NCBI GenBank assembly: GCA_951406725.2
Contig: OX597822.1
Location: 90,458,001-90,522,000 of the forward strand
DNA: 64,000 nucleotides
Direction: 5' to 3'
Source of the DNA: Octopus vulgaris
Lineage: Eukaryota
Notes under the pieces: generated by a model
What the model saw: only the letters and a program-made list of their open reading frames with translations
The model's database searches: none
What the model was told of the DNA's origin: nothing
In this document: positions 37,470 through 51,697 of the stretch, one piece after another
Layout: each line of letters opens with the position of its first letter
Numbering within the stretch: position 1 is the stretch's first letter
Program-made: the position numbers and the translations under genes

Positions 37470-37690
37470 TGTGAGAGACACGAGCAGTACATCAGTAAAT
37501 GGAGAACCAGACTTTGATCCCTTATTTAAAATAAGACACCACATTGACTCTTTCAAAACACATAAAAAACAGTTTACAAACCAGGGAGATATCTACTCAT
37601 TGGTGAGGGTATGGTGAGCTGAGTGCGTTTTCAACATTATATGCCAGGAAAGCCCACAAAATGGGGGATCAAAGTTTGGAAGATTTTCTT
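37470..37690 (+). mobile_element. piggyBac transposase fragment
   Basis: Homologous to 50298-50520 (GEPDFDPLFKIR...YMPGKPTKWGIKVWK). Confidence 0.8.
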
Positions 37691-37972
37691 ATTATCTACC
37701 ACAATACAGAGTCAAAGGCCTTCTCCAGGTCAATGAATGGTAAGTTAAGTGGCTTGCCCTTTGAAACTATTTTTTTAGTTTTCTTGCTCTCGTTTTCTTC
37801 CGAATAAAATATGCTGTACCTGTTTCTATTACTTTCATAAAGCATACACAGACACACTATAATCAAGTATACATGCAATGTATGTACAAATGCATTAATA
37901 TATACATGTGTGTGAAGAAATTTGATTCAATCTGAAAAGGAAAGAAAAAAGATATACAAATTAGTGACTAAC

Positions 37973-38276
37973 CTCTTTGGATGGCACACACAAAGGTGTC
38001 CCTTCTTTGACAAAGCCAGCTTCTACACATACACCAACAACAATAGGGTCTCGAGAATTGAAAATGTATTCAGGCATGACACGTAACTTGCAAGGAAAAA
38101 CAGCAATATGTCGGAATTCTCCCTGGCGCTTTTTTTTTAATTCCTCTCTGTAAGACGTAAATTTATCAAACAAGTGATAAATTATATCTGCAGAAAATAT
38201 CCGCACCCCTAATGTGTCAGCAAGTTCCTGAGCATCCCGCTCAATCTTAACATCAAAAGCCAAGATTACAGCATAT
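37973..38276 (-). CDS. EIF5B: eIF5B exon (domain III, helix 12, domain IV)
   Basis: YAVILAFDVKIERDAQELAD...IIYHLFD...AVFPCKLRV...GTPLCVPSKE; 304 nt; phase fits the neighbouring exons. Confidence 0.95.
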
Positions 38277-39264
38277 CTGAAAATGTATTGAGATGTTTTT
38301 TTGAACAGAGCAACATTAAGATTAACATTAAAGCATGCATTTGATTGGTAAAATCCTAAAATGGGTATCGTGTAAGTGAACATTGCTTTTTAATTCTTGT
38401 GAGAAGCTAATTACTTAATATTTTACAATTTTCTTTAAGGCTGTACTAGCTTTGTTCAAAGAACACACCATAGAAACCAAAAACTTAGGTAGTAAAGAGG
38501 ATTCATCAGGAGAGAAGAATTGCTAAGGGATTGTACGTAATGCAAGACAGAAAAGGCAGCTTGCTTGAGTATTCCCTTATTTGTGTAAGTATAGGTTAAT
38601 TTTCAGCTAACTTTCAATAACTAATCCAAATAATTCATACAGGAAAATTTAAACAAAAAATAGTGATTAAAACTGAGTGAAAGAAACTATGAGCTACAAC
38701 TAACTGATTTGGAAAAGTTTTGAAAATCTCAAATTCACCATCATCCTTTATGCTCATTTTCCATGCTAGAATGGATTGTCATAGCCCGAGTCAGTTCTCA
38801 TTTACAATTACTACCCTCTTAGATAAATCAGAAGACATCTCATTTCTGGTATGACTTGTAAGGTTAATATCTGTCCTAATACCAGCCACTTTGCAGAGTG
38901 TACTGGGTGTATTTTTTATTGAAGCACTAGTATTCAAGAGGTTATTATGCTCTCAGCAACACTTAAGAGTCCTCTTAACTCTACATTGTCTCTGCCCAGA
39001 ATGCACTGGGTATATTTTATAGTGGCACCAACACTAGTAAGGTTGTTGTGTGACTTGCAAGAATACTGAGTTCTCACTGTTCTGAGAGGGAGAGAGGAAA
39101 AAAATGATGATGACACAAGCTGAGCTTAAGTAAGGTGTCAAGAGATTTCAATTTCTAAATGGACAAATGATAATTTAATCTAATTTTATCTCTTTTACAT
39201 GAAACAGATTTCTGTAAAGAACAATGGAAAATATAGACAAGTGAAATTTTGCAAGTGAACTTAC

Positions 39265-39341
39265 TGATTATCATGCTCCAGCATCACAGATGCTTTCATA
39301 ATATCTTTTTTGTGGATCGGCCCAATATTTATACCAGCATA
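39265..39341 (-). CDS. EIF5B: eIF5B exon (domain III)
   Basis: YAGINIGPIHKKDIMKASVMLEHDN(Q); 77 nt; AG/GT boundaries. Confidence 0.95.
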
Positions 39342-39589
39342 CTAAAAGAGAATATGATACATTTTGATAAAACATAAATATTAGACAAGCTTATTATAGC
39401 AATATTAATAATGATACACACAATATACTTATATACTGAACTACAAAAGAAACGCCACACTGTAAAAGATTATTGTCTCACACAAGATATTGAGATTATA
39501 TGGATTTTATTACATTTCTAGGTAATTTGACATCAAGAAGATGTCACTGACCCACAACACCACTCTCTTTTGAAAACACAAGGACTGTA

Positions 39590-40055
39590 TGTAGGGTTCA
39601 AACTTGCTCACTTTTCGTGAATGCATCCTTATGAAAAGCGTGATACACATGCAAAGCGTTGACTCATTGGGTATAAAAGACACCCAAATTTACCAGCCTG
39701 TCATTTGTTTCCTGAAAACAGCAAGCCTGCCAAGACTGACACAAAATCAGAGGAAGTAAACCATCTGACATCTCCATGCTGGTCAACACCCTTGGGTCAT
39801 TGCCAATGACATGAAGTGCAGTATTTGGACAATTGAATGGCTGAGGGACCCATACAATGCCACAAACAGCACAGATGATCGTCCACGCAGTGGCTGACCA
39901 AGGGTTACAACAGCACGTCAAGATCGCCACCTGCACTGACAGCACTTCCAGGACTGATTCTGGAGGGCAAGAGGATCAGCTAGGTAGACCATAGGGACTC
40001 ACCACAGATCCATTTGTGCAGAGACAGTTCGCCACCACCTGAAATCTTTCAATCT
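39590..40055 (+). mobile_element. Tc1-like transposase N-terminal remnant
   Basis: Manual translation gives IANDMKCSIWTI...TDDRPRSG*PRVTTARQDRHL...TVRHHL, a Tc1 HTH plus GRPR-like linker. Confidence 0.7.
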
Positions 40056-41339
40056 GTATTGTCAACGGCTAGGCATCCCATTCTCACAGATTGTCATTGA
40101 CGATGATGATGTCAGCAGTGGAGGACTGCAGTCTTCTCTGACGAAAGTCAATATTGCATTTCTGTCGCAGATGGCAGAGTTAGGGTTTGGAGAAGAGGAG
40201 AACATCATGCTAATGGCTGTGTGGTGAAGAGAGACTTGTAGGGAGGACAAAGTATCACTATTCCACCATAACTCATACTTTCTTTTAGTCTCCTGATCCT
40301 TACAAACTCTCATTTACCCTAAGTGCTTTGAAACAAAACAAGACTCAATGTTGCTGAGGTCAAGGTGATTTCTCTAGTGCTGGTGCAACAATAAAATGTA
40401 CCCTGTTCATTCTGTTAAGTGGCTCATGTTAGGAAGCACATCTAACTATAGAAGCTATGCCTCAAATGGAACACGCAAAGCAAGAAGTAATCTGCTGACT
40501 CATCTAGGAAAGCAGTAACTATCAAATTTAGTATGGAAAATGAATATAAAATAATGATGATGATCATCATCATCATGAAGAATTCATTGAAACATTATCT
40601 CTCAGCCATATTGACATTCATAATCAGCATCAATAGTTTCCATCTTATTTCTTCAAATGTGATGCGTATGGATAAGGACAGCTGCATACAGAAGTCCTGA
40701 GCTCTAATTGTGGAGGGTACCTGCAGAAGGGGTGGACCCAGGTCAAACAAATTGATGCCAGGACTATTTTTTAAAACTTAGTACTTATTCTATCTAAGTT
40801 ACAGGGACATAAAAACACCAACACTGGTTATCAAACAGTGATGGAGAACAAACACATACACACGATGGGCTTCTTTCAGTTTTTTGTCTCACAATGCTCT
40901 GGTTGGCTTGAGGCTATACTAGAACACACTTGCCCAAGGTGCCACATAGGGGGATTGAACCTGGAACCATGTAGTTGGGATGCAAGCTTCTTACCATACA
41001 GCCATGCCAGTGCCTATATATATGTATATATGAAATTGAGCTTTGCCAGATGGTGGTTAACTTCAATGCATCCTTCTAATCTAAAACATTTGCCATCTTT
41101 GTCATGAATCATGTGATAATAGACACTAAGTGTCATTGAAATTTTAAAATTTTTTACCCTTTGACATTTCAGCCTGTTGGATGTGTACAGTTGCTAATAA
41201 GGTAGATTGCATAAAAATTTTAGGTATGTAATCCTTGTTTACCTTGCACATACACATTTACTAAACAAATTTTAAATTTCAGTAGGAAATTAATCAAGAG
41301 AGTAAAATTTTTCTCAATCGATAACATAAAAATACTTAC

Positions 41340-41471
41340 AGGAATTTTAGAAGTCCTTAAAAATTCCAATAATGCTTCCATAGAACCAAGAGTTGAAGCT
41401 TGTACAAAGACACCCCGTTCTTGAAGTTTTATTCCACTAAGCACTTCTTTTAAAGCATTAGATACTTCCGA
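41340..41471 (-). CDS. EIF5B: eIF5B exon
   Basis: SEVSNALKEVLSGIKLQERGVFVQASTLGSMEALLEFLRTSKIP; 132 nt. Confidence 0.95.
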
Positions 41472-41684
41472 CTAGAAATTAATAAGGAAACATCTAATTA
41501 GAATTGTTTTAACAAATGCAAATGTTATTCATGACTGCAACAACAAAGTATATACTAGACTTTTCAGTCTGTTTGTAAGTAAACTTATAATAAAAATGTA
41601 TCTCAAAATTGCTCCAGTTGAATATTGTCATAATTTATTGAAACAATATAAAACAATTTTAAATATTTTGCTTTAAAATGTTTT

Positions 41685-41958
41685 CAGTCGCCAGCCTTGT
41701 CTGGCCCCCGTGCCGGTGGCACGTAAAAAGCACCATCCGATCGTGGCCGTTTGCCAGCCTCGTCTGGCACCTGTGCAGGTGGCACGTAAAAAGCACCCAC
41801 TACACTCACGGAGTGGTTGGCGTTAGGAAGGGCATCCAGCTGTAGAAACACTGCCAGATCAGACTGGGCCTGATGCAGCCTACTGGCTCCCCAGACCCCA
41901 GTTGAACCGTCCAACCCATGCTAGCATGGAAAACGGACATTAAACGATGATGATGATC
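41685..41958 (+). mobile_element. RTE 3'-UTR-only insertion
   Basis: Reverse complement of 27786-28060, with two ~62-bp units and a (GAT)n tail. Confidence 0.88.
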
Positions 41959-42240
41959 AATGTGTGAAACAAAATACTACAACTTGAACTGAATTAGTAT
42001 TGGTTTTAATATTTTGTTTCAGACATTACACACATTCATCTATCATCATAAGGAAACTCAAGATAATTCACATATTTTATGTACCTTTGTTGTAATTTAT
42101 GAACGCCGTGTAAGGCTGGGTATTTACTTTTAATTATATATATAATTAGAAAGTAATACGGAATAGAAACTTACAACAATATTGAATAGCCAGTTGTAAG
42201 TAATTGCAATAGTAATGAGAAAAAAATATAATTACTTTAC

Positions 42241-42372
42241 CTTATAATAGTCTATTTCATCTTGATCCTTTGCAACATACAAAGGCAACCCTGCAAGAGC
42301 CTTTTCTAAATCCTTGGCCATAATTTTGACACCCTGAGCAGCCATTAATTCTTTATGGTGCTGATACTGAGC
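42241..42372 (-). CDS. EIF5B: eIF5B exon (domain II)
   Basis: AQYQHHKELMAAQGVKIMAKDLEKALAGLPLYVAKDQDEIDYYK; 132 nt. Confidence 0.95.
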
Positions 42373-43048
42373 CTGAAAAATATTTTATTTAACGTATTAA
42401 AAACATAAAATCAAATTACATAGATGGAAATTTCTAACACATCTAGGCTAATAAATGTAGCTTAAACTTTGCCCATAGCCTTATTAAGTCCTGTATGTTA
42501 GGATATAGGGGTAACTGGGAGAAGTTAATATAACTGTTTTACTTAAATTGTTGCTTGCTAGTAGACAATGGAACACAGAGGCAAAAAAGAAGTGCTGACA
42601 AAACACTTCTGTGAAAGAACAAGGCAAAGAGGCTGAGAGATAAAAATCATTGTATAATATTATTCAGATAAGAAAAACAGATGCATTTCCAGTAATGAAT
42701 ATGATTAATGACAACAGAGAAGTCACAGATGAAAAAAAAATCAAACAAGCATGGAGAGATGTCAGGTCATGCACAATATTGTAGAGTGGGACATGAGAAA
42801 TTTACAGGATTGGAAAAGTAAACTAGTAAAGACAAACTACACCGTGCAAATTTCATGGATGTGGCAAATAGTTGCAAGGTATCCAATCTCTTGCATCTGT
42901 CCATTTCTGATATATTGAGGGAGATCATTCAAGTTAATAGTATCGTAGGGTGATAACCAAAATGGTATTAAGCCTAGCTGTGTTGTAAGTTTTTAAAGAC
43001 TAAACAATCTATCACTGTGAATGGCAGAAACTGAAAAAACACTCTTAC

Positions 43049-43210
43049 CTTGACTCGTAACTCCTTCATAGGTTCTGGTGTCAATAAGCCTCTGATTTGT
43101 GTCATAATGGGTCCCTCAGTACCAGCTACAACAATTGTATCCCCTTCTTTTAATTTGCCATTAACAAGAATAACATCAATAGTGGTTCCCATGCCTGGTA
43201 AAGCTTTCAC
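43049..43210 (-). CDS. EIF5B: eIF5B exon (domain II)
   Basis: [54 protein letters not shown]; 162 nt. Confidence 0.95.
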
Positions 43211-46200
43211 CTATGAAAACCAAAAAACATCACTTCAGTATTTTCTTCCAATTATTTAAAAAATTTAATTGCAATCCATTCAGTCACCAAATTAATTCCA
43301 ATTATCTATCTCATATAGCAAATTCTATTATTATTATTATTATTATATAACTTAAGTATTACTCTGATGTAACTATTTATAAAACAAATATTGACAAAAA
43401 CTAAAGTAAATAAACATAATGAGCAATGAAAATAGATGAATTGCAATAAACTATGATTTGTTCAATGTGCACATAAATGAGATTGCAAATAAAAAATCTG
43501 CATTAAAATATTCAGTAGTGCTTAGCTTGAGGGTATAGTTGTAAATGAGATGAAATTTAGCAAATATTGTTATATATATAAGCTGGAAGTAGGAACATGA
43601 TACTGTGTACACAAGCCAAAACAGTAAGCACACAAAAGAAATCTGGCAGATATTGATTAAATATATCAGTTGTAAACAACAAATGCATTGATGAAATGAA
43701 CTACTTAGACTTCTCACAAAACAGATGAGTAGAGGGCCTCCACATAGTCTTTTGACCTGCTAACAATAGTAGTTAAATTATATCAAACCATCTTAAAAAT
43801 GAAAAGACACATTCAATAATGCACTCAGACATGATGTCTGAAAATAAGAGAGGATGATCATGGCTAAAACACTTTGAACAGGGTTAAACTGGGGTAAAAC
43901 AACAACAGTTATTGATTGAATTGTTTTGAGACAGTAGCTGTAGTTAGAGTAAGAAAAAGGTCCAGAGAATAGTAAATTCTTAACCAGCTTGATTTTTCTT
44001 TTCCTCATTCAATTTTAATGCTTATAAAATGACAATAGTTAAATCTATAGTTGTTTGCAGTCCATCTATGAATTTCTGTGTTTTTAGTAATGGTTTGTAG
44101 GATTGTTTTATTTAAAGTTGGTAAGATTAATTTATCTTTTATTTGAGAGAGCAGGATGTTATTTGGGGAAGCTGCTATTTTAGACAGGAAGATCAACTCT
44201 TTTTCATTTAGCAATAGTGAAAATCATTGGGTATGTTGTTATTTTCTATTTTATTTATTTTTTCTGATGGCTCGATGGCGTTTCCTTTACCAACTACTAT
44301 ATAACTTAGACAAGATGCATTTTATCATACCACATGAGAGGCTGCCCTTTGTAGAACTGAAGAATCCTCTACACTCTCTGCTGTAACTTCCAAAATCCAT
44401 GTCTCCTTTATCAAGTGAGTTAATAAAACAAATACACACATCATATATGTGTTGAAATGACGGTGTAATGTCTTGATTAGAAGTGGGATTTATATCTGTT
44501 ATTGTATGTCACACTTTGTTAAATACCACAACTGACTAGCAATATTGAAAGATGAGGAACTGAGTGTTGAAGCGTTTTTCTTAAGTGCACAACCTCTCTT
44601 TTTAACAAGAAATAGTATAGTACCTCTGGGCTATTAGACATACTGAGAACATGCTAGGTGCAAAGGAATTCAGAGAAAATACAGTTTATTCACTTATTTT
44701 ACGTCAGTTTTTCCTTGCTTGTATGGGTTATATATCTTCTCCTTCCTAACACCAACTCTTATCTATTTTCAAGTAAGAGATCACTTATTCCAACATGGCT
44801 TCAAAGGCACAAAAATGCCCAAACTATATGTTAACAGACAAATTGACAACACCACCACCCACTGCACTTTCAGAAAAGTGATTACAGATGTAAACAAACA
44901 CACTTTTCCGTATATATATATATATATGTATATTCATATACCTACACACGATATCCTTCCAGTTTGTTTACCAAATCTATTCATAAGGGTTTAGTCAGTC
45001 TGGGGCTATAGTTGAAAGCTCTTTCCCAAGGTGCCCCATAGTGAGACAGAACATGGGTCATACAGAATTCAGTAAGGCAGATTTTCTATGGCTAGAAGCC
45101 CTTACCAGTTTTCAAACAAGGTAATATTCCCCCAAGATGAGAGATTTTCATAGAAGATTTGAAACAAACCTTGCTTACAACTATCATATGATGTCAAGAC
45201 AAGTAAGCAACAAACACTCACACAACAGGCTTTGCAGAATTTTTGTCTCTCAAATCCACTCACAAAGCTTTAGTTGGCTCAGGGCTACTTTAGAAGACAC
45301 TTGCCCAAGGCGCAACTGCAATGGGACTGACCCCGAAACCACATGGTTAGGAAGAAGGTTTTACATCATAGCCATGCCTGTACCTACAAAGTACCAAAAC
45401 ATTTTAACTCTAGTTTATTCTAATCATTTACATATGAAGACAATATTGAAAGATTTGAAATCTTCCAACCTATCATCCTGTTAACAGCATGCCTGCTGGA
45501 AATGCATTTACATTGGGAGCCTGTTTTGCCTCAAACTACACCCAATTAAACACTTCCCAATTTGCAAAAATGTTTCCAATAACTCCAGTCCAACAATGTG
45601 ACTAGTTGTGATGTCAAACCTCAAAACAGTTTTCCACCCTGTCAAACTCCACCCCTCTACAGGATTCGGACAATCTTTAGAGACACATTACTGTATGTCC
45701 TATTCCTCCAAACAGAATAACAACCTTGACTCTGATAACTTCAACATATAGCTTTCACATGCAACACCTCAAAAGTGGTGAAAGCATCATCATTCCTCAA
45801 TTTCTCTTCCATCTCAGTGACCACCCATATGAGACTTCAATAGATTTGATTCCATGTTCCTGAGAACATTGGAAAAAGCAATGCTGTTCACTTGACAACA
45901 GAGAAGCCTTGTAGAAGAACCTTACAGTTACTTACCTATGGACAACATCCAACTCTTATTCCTTATGTTATTGTGATGTGTGCAAACAAGGCCCTCTCTA
46001 ACTCACACTTATCAAGTCTGGTGTTCTGTAAGATCTGGCTGGGACTCTTACAGCCTTCCTTCTGTATACTAAAAACTACTTCATGTTACCTACAACACAC
46101 ACTACTATGTTTGAGCAGATGACACTTCCTTTCTCCTTATCTACACACAAGCGTCACACACAAACAGCTTAAACATTTTACACTAGATTTACAGTACTTC

Positions 46201-46264
46201 CACAGGGTTACTGCTCACTTTCTGAACATCTATTAATGGAAAATAACAAATTTGTTTTGTTTTT

Positions 46265-48360
46265 TTAAACAAAAGGTCAAGACTAAGAAACAAAACATCT
46301 AAGCTGACATCAAAACATGAATTACAGAAAGTCCTTGACCAAATATACAGATTAGAAGACAATCTAAAACAACACTATGATGAAGAACGTAACAATGCAG
46401 AAAAGAGAGCCATAGAAAACATCAAGAAAAATCCAAAATGTTTCTACAGTTTTGCAAAGAAATACTCGAACACCAAGTCAACAATAGGACCTCTCCAGAG
46501 ACAAAATGGGGATGTAGTGAATAACCCTATTGAAATGGCAGAAATGTTGGGTCAACAGTATGAAAGTGTCTTCAGTGAGCCATCTAAAACCATGAAGATC
46601 CATGACCCAGGAAAATTCTTCAAGGATATCGACCATACTAAACCTACCCTATCCGACATTGATTTCAACCCAGAAGACATAGCAAGAGCCATAGACAAGC
46701 TCTCCATGCACTCGGCTGCGGGGCCTGACGGTTTCAATGCCATGATACTTAAAAACTGCAAGGCACAATTGTCGAAACCCCTTTACATGATATGGAGGGA
46801 ATCTATGGAGAATGGCAAAATACCAAATACATATAAAGAAGCACACATAACTCCAATACATAAAGGGGATAGCAAATCAAAACCAAAGAACTACCGACCA
46901 ATCTCACTGACATCACACATTATCAAGGTCTTCGAAAGAATAGTTCGTGGAAAACTGGTTGAGTTCCTGGAATCCAACAATCTGATGAATTGCAACCAGC
47001 ATGGATTCAGGTTAGGTAGATCATGCCTTTCCCAACTACTGGCACACCATGACCAAATCCTAGAAAATCTAGAGAATGGATACAACACAGATGTTATCTA
47101 CCTCGACTTTGCCAAGGCATTTGACAAGGTAGATCATGGCATCCTGGGTCACAAACTTCGAAAGCTAAGAGTAGGAGGAAAAGTTGGTACATGGATACAC
47201 GAGTTCCTTACAAATAGAACTCAAACAGTCACTGTGAATGGAACCCATTCAACACCATCACCTGTGACCAGCAGTGTTCCTCAGGGTACAGTACTCGGCC
47301 CAATCCTGTTTCTCATCCTCATCTCTGACATAGATGAAGATACAACCAGCAACGTCTCATCCTTTGCTGATGACACCAGGGTCATGAGACAAATCAAAGA
47401 CGAGGTGGATACAGAGGCCTTACAAAAGGACCTGACCACCATATATAAATGGCAGGAAACAAACAACATGTTGTTCAATGATAAGAAGTTTGAACTAATT
47501 CGCTACAGAACAGATCAAGATCTGAAAAATACAACAAACTACAGAAACCCATCAGGACAACAAATAATGGAAAAACAGTATGTGAAAGATTTAGGCATCC
47601 ACATGGGAACCAACCTAAAATTCAGAGAACACCTTGACTCAGTCTGTCTTACTGCAAGAAAGTACAGCGGGTGGATCTTGCGCACCTTCAAATCAAGAGA
47701 TACCTCAACAATGAAAACCCTCTGGAACAGTATGATACTTCCGAGGATTGACTACTGTTCTCAGTTGTGGTCACCAACAACAAAGGGCCAACTATCTAAG
47801 ATAGAATCGCTCCAAAGAAATTTTACCTCATACTTCTCAGAAACGAGGGACCTGGACTATTGGCAAAGACTCAAAACCTTGAGGATGTACTCAATAGAAA
47901 GAAGATTTGAGCGATACCGAATTATATACATTTGGAAAATGATAGAGCAGAAGGTGCCAAACTTTGGTATCAAAACCTACCACTCACTGCGCCACGGAAG
48001 ACGTTGCCAGCTGCCACCAATCAACAAAAAGGCTGGCCAGGCAGCAAAAACCCTGCGAGAATCAAGTCTGTTGGTTCGAGGAGCACAACTGTTCAACTCC
48101 ATTCCGGTACATGTCAGAAATCTATCAGGATGCAGTGTGGAATCATTCAAATTGCAACTGGATAGATACTTAAGCACCATTAGAGATGAACCCCATCTCC
48201 CAGGATATACACAACGAGCACAAACTGACTCAAACTCGCTCCTACACATGTCAAATTTAAGCAGAGAATACAACCTGGCAACCACACCAGACTCTGAGGG
48301 TGGAGCCTTCGACTTGGCCTGAGCATGGACTCAAACCCAAATGAAATGAAATGAAATGAA
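46265..48360 (+). mobile_element. Young 5'-truncated CR1-group LINE with uninterrupted RT ORF and (GAAAT)n tail
   Basis: Stop-free frame from ~46247 to 48322 with all RT motifs (QGTVLGP, FADD, KDLG). No endonuclease (truncated). Antisense within an eIF5B intron. Confidence 0.93.
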
Positions 48361-49102
48361 ACAATAGCAATAATCACCACATATTATCAAGGAAACAAAC
48401 CACTCTAACCATGAACAAAAAGGCCCAATTTGCTAATAAATACTGCTTCTCATAGTCTCATGGCAATCACACATCTGTAACATTTGTTCTGTATCAGATC
48501 AACCCTGATCAAGTAGAAATAGAGGTGCTGTTTGTAAGTTAGTATCACTTAAGATTTCTTATGTGGCAGATGAAATTTTTAGTTGAATATTCTCAAAGAG
48601 ACTTTAAAGAGAAAGAAATAATTAAAGTAATTGTTTGAGGACATTAATAGTAAATATGTACATCTGATGTTAATTTCCTTAATAGCTAAGAAAATTAAAA
48701 AGTGTAAATTTTGCTGAGCTGGTGGATGAATTGAGTGGCAAGAAGTTTGAATCTAGCGGAAATACATTTTATAAGGAACCAGATTTGTAACAGAGAAAAC
48801 AACATTTTTCTTATACATTGAGCAAAATCTCAAAACATCGTTAGTAGATGCTGATGGGAACAGTTTTATTTTCATTTGTTGGCACTGGAAACAGTGGAGT
48901 GAGATATTAATGGTTAGAGTTGGTGTTCTTTTGCTACCAGTGACCGACATAAAATTGAATGATGTTTCACCGACTAACTTCACTTTTATATTCATCAATT
49001 CCTCTTTATAGCAACCAATTCTGAAATAAATGAGTTTCTGAAGTGAAACCGAACAACTTATAATCTACTATTCAAGATACCTTATGAAAAAAAAAAACTT
49101 AC

Positions 49103-49285
49103 TTCCATAACGGTTGCGTGTAATTCTTCACTATAGGAGATCCGTTTTGCCAATAGACTCTGAGTTAGCTCACATATTGTTGCTATCAAATTACCCATTC
49201 CATCACCAGTGTGAGCTGAAGTTGGTACAACATTTATATATTCACGAACATTTGTATTTTCATAAAAGAGAGCAGCATTAAGGCC
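49103..49285 (-). CDS. EIF5B: eIF5B exon (G5 motif)
   Basis: GLNAALFYENTNVREYINVVPTSAHTGDGMGNLI...EELHATVME; 183 nt. Confidence 0.95.
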
Positions 49286-49565
49286 CTATAAAAAGATTTG
49301 AAGAAATGTAAGTAAATGGAAATATTACAATCTTTGCAAAATAGCCAATCCATATTATTACATTACACAAACTAGTTTACTCTTAACAGACAATACTACA
49401 ATATTGTAAGAATTATTTTTTCAAATCAACTAACAATAAAAGTCTCTAGTTGTTAACATAAAAAAAAATAATAATAATAGCCATATATAAGAGATTGTCA
49501 TAGTATTTATGTCCTTTCATACTAGAGCAATGAAAATACTATTAAAAATTGAAATACATCTTTAA

Positions 49566-50695
49566 CCCTTTAGTTACTAATCTGGCCGTAGCCGGCTGAG
49601 AGTACCCATTGTTATTTAAATGTAAATTTGAAACCAAATCTCGGTGGTACATTCATTAAAACACGTGATTTCACTTTGCTAACAGTTGAGTTATTGTATC
49701 CGACATTGTCTGGCATGATATTTGAACTCAGTGAATTTTGGAAGATTTTTTTTCTACATTTTTATCGGCGCTAATTTCTTTCAACTCTGAAAATGGAGAG
49801 GAGTTTCGTGGTATCGAGTAGTGATTCCGAATTTGAAGGCTTTTCAACAGAAGATATGGAGATATCAAGAGAAACAATGAATGAGGTGCAAAAGCACGTG
49901 GTGGATGAAAATGAATTGGATATTTCTGTATCCGAAACCAAAAGCGATTCTGAAGAAACTGAAAGCAGTGACATAGACAGCGAGGATGATTTTACACCAA
50001 AATGGAGTAGAAAGTTAAAATTAGACTTTTTATTTTTTTCCAGCATGCTTGTTTGAAGCAATCGCTGCAGAAACAAACTGTTACGCAGAATGTAAACAAG
50101 CTGGAAAAAAAGATATCTTGTGGCTTCCTACAACCGTAGATGAAATACGGGCAGTTTTTGCCATAAATATTATTATGGGTATTAGACAGTTACCCAGGAT
50201 TACAAATTATTGGAGCAATCAGGAACCTTTTGGCAATCAGTATGTTTCCAGTATTATGACCCCAATATTGTTTGTGAAACTGAACCAATATTTACATGTG
50301 AGAGAGACGAGCAGTATCCCAATACATGGAGAACCAAACTTTGATCCCTTATTTAAAATAAGACCCCTCATCGATTGCATTCATAATGCATATAAAACAT
50401 TTTACAACCCTGGGAGATATTTATCCGTCGATGAGGGAATGGTGGGGTATAAAGGAAGGGTATGCTTCCAACAGTATATGCCAGGAAAGCCCACAAAATG
50501 GGGGATCAAAGTTTGGAAAATTTCTGAAGCAAATACTGGGTACTGCTGTGGACTTAGCTTCTATACAGGGAAAAGAGACAATAATGTTAGACAGCACAGC
50601 CTAGGGTACGATGTAGTCTGGAATTTATCTCTTCCATACCCTTAACCAGGGACGTATATTATTTTTTGACCGATTTTTTAGTTCGGTCAAAACAG
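49566..50695 (+). mobile_element. Truncated piggyBac (PGBD4-like) transposon
   Basis: TTAA|CCCTTTAGTTAC left end, an acidic N-terminus, LSVDEGMVGYKGR, YMPGKPTKWGIK and FFDRFFSS. The C-terminal half is missing. Confidence 0.88.
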
Positions 50696-51565
50696 AATCT
50701 CCATAATAATGCACTTTTGTCTTTTGAAGATAGTATACTAGTTGGTAACTGCCAGAAACAGCAAGCATTATCCCATTAATACCAAACTGCACACTCAAAA
50801 TTTGAATAATGAATTACTATGTCTAAAACCCAATATATTTTTCAAGACATTTTAAAGATACCAACAAATGTTCACTTAAATTTCAATGTTTCACCAGCAT
50901 CATATATAAGTCAGCTTCCAGCGAGCCTAGTCAAATTAGCAAATTAGTTTTAATTCTTGGTTATAGTTACTTAAACTGCATCTAATATCATTCTGTATTT
51001 TGATGTAGCTTAGCAGAAGAATCACATGCCATTGAAAAAATTGGACACATAATTATATCTAAATACTCTATGCCACACTTAATCAGAAGTTGTAAGCTTA
51101 ATGAAGAGCTTCACAAAATTTACTTCATTAATCCTAACATCAGCTAATCAGAGGCAAAATACAATCAAGAAAAATTATATGAAGGCACACTTAGCAATAA
51201 CAACCAAGGTGTGACAGTACATTTGCATCTCTCATAGTAAGAAAGAAATAAACAAATGAAGCTAACAAATCAGAAAATCATCATCATCATCGTTTAACGT
51301 CCGTTTTCCGCGCTAGCACACAAATTTATTTTCTTATAATACTCTTTAGTATATACAGTTTATTTGACGACTTATTTTATCACTTATATTCCCACAAATG
51401 TGTTGAAATGTTACACAACCAAGTAGACTAAAGCAGAGTAAAAAGTATCTTGCTTAAGGCCACAATGCAATAATAGTGGAAGCATTTGAATTGATAATCT
51501 TTACAACTATCATTAAGCACCTAAAAATCTTACACTATGAATTAGGAAATAAATAACAAACCAAC

Positions 51566-51697
51566 CTGTTCTGAAATTTGAAGAATACTTTCTTTACTTC
51601 GTTCCTCAAATTCTACTTTAGTGTTAGTATTTTGTTTTTTGATTGTAACAGAAACATCAGTTTGTGGTGATGTCTTCCACTGAAATAATCTGTCAAT
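51566..51697 (-). CDS. EIF5B: eIF5B exon (G domain)
   Basis: IDRLFQWKTSPQTDVSVTIKKQNTNTKVEFEERSKESILQISEQ; 132 nt; completes the G4 motif NK|ID. Confidence 0.93.

Noticed and set aside
41700-41850. Twister or hammerhead ribozyme in the RTE UTR
   Set aside because: Conserved catalytic cores could not be matched by eye. Kept only as a pseudoknot candidate.
42019-42049. Intronic C/D box snoRNA (ATGATGA...CTGA on the minus strand)
   Set aside because: Only ~31 nt from box C to box D, too short, and no terminal stem.
46517-48322. Domesticated RT gene, retron or DGR
   Set aside because: It has a LINE tail, a 5' truncation in mid-ORF2 and no ATG or promoter context. Its intactness is best explained by youth.
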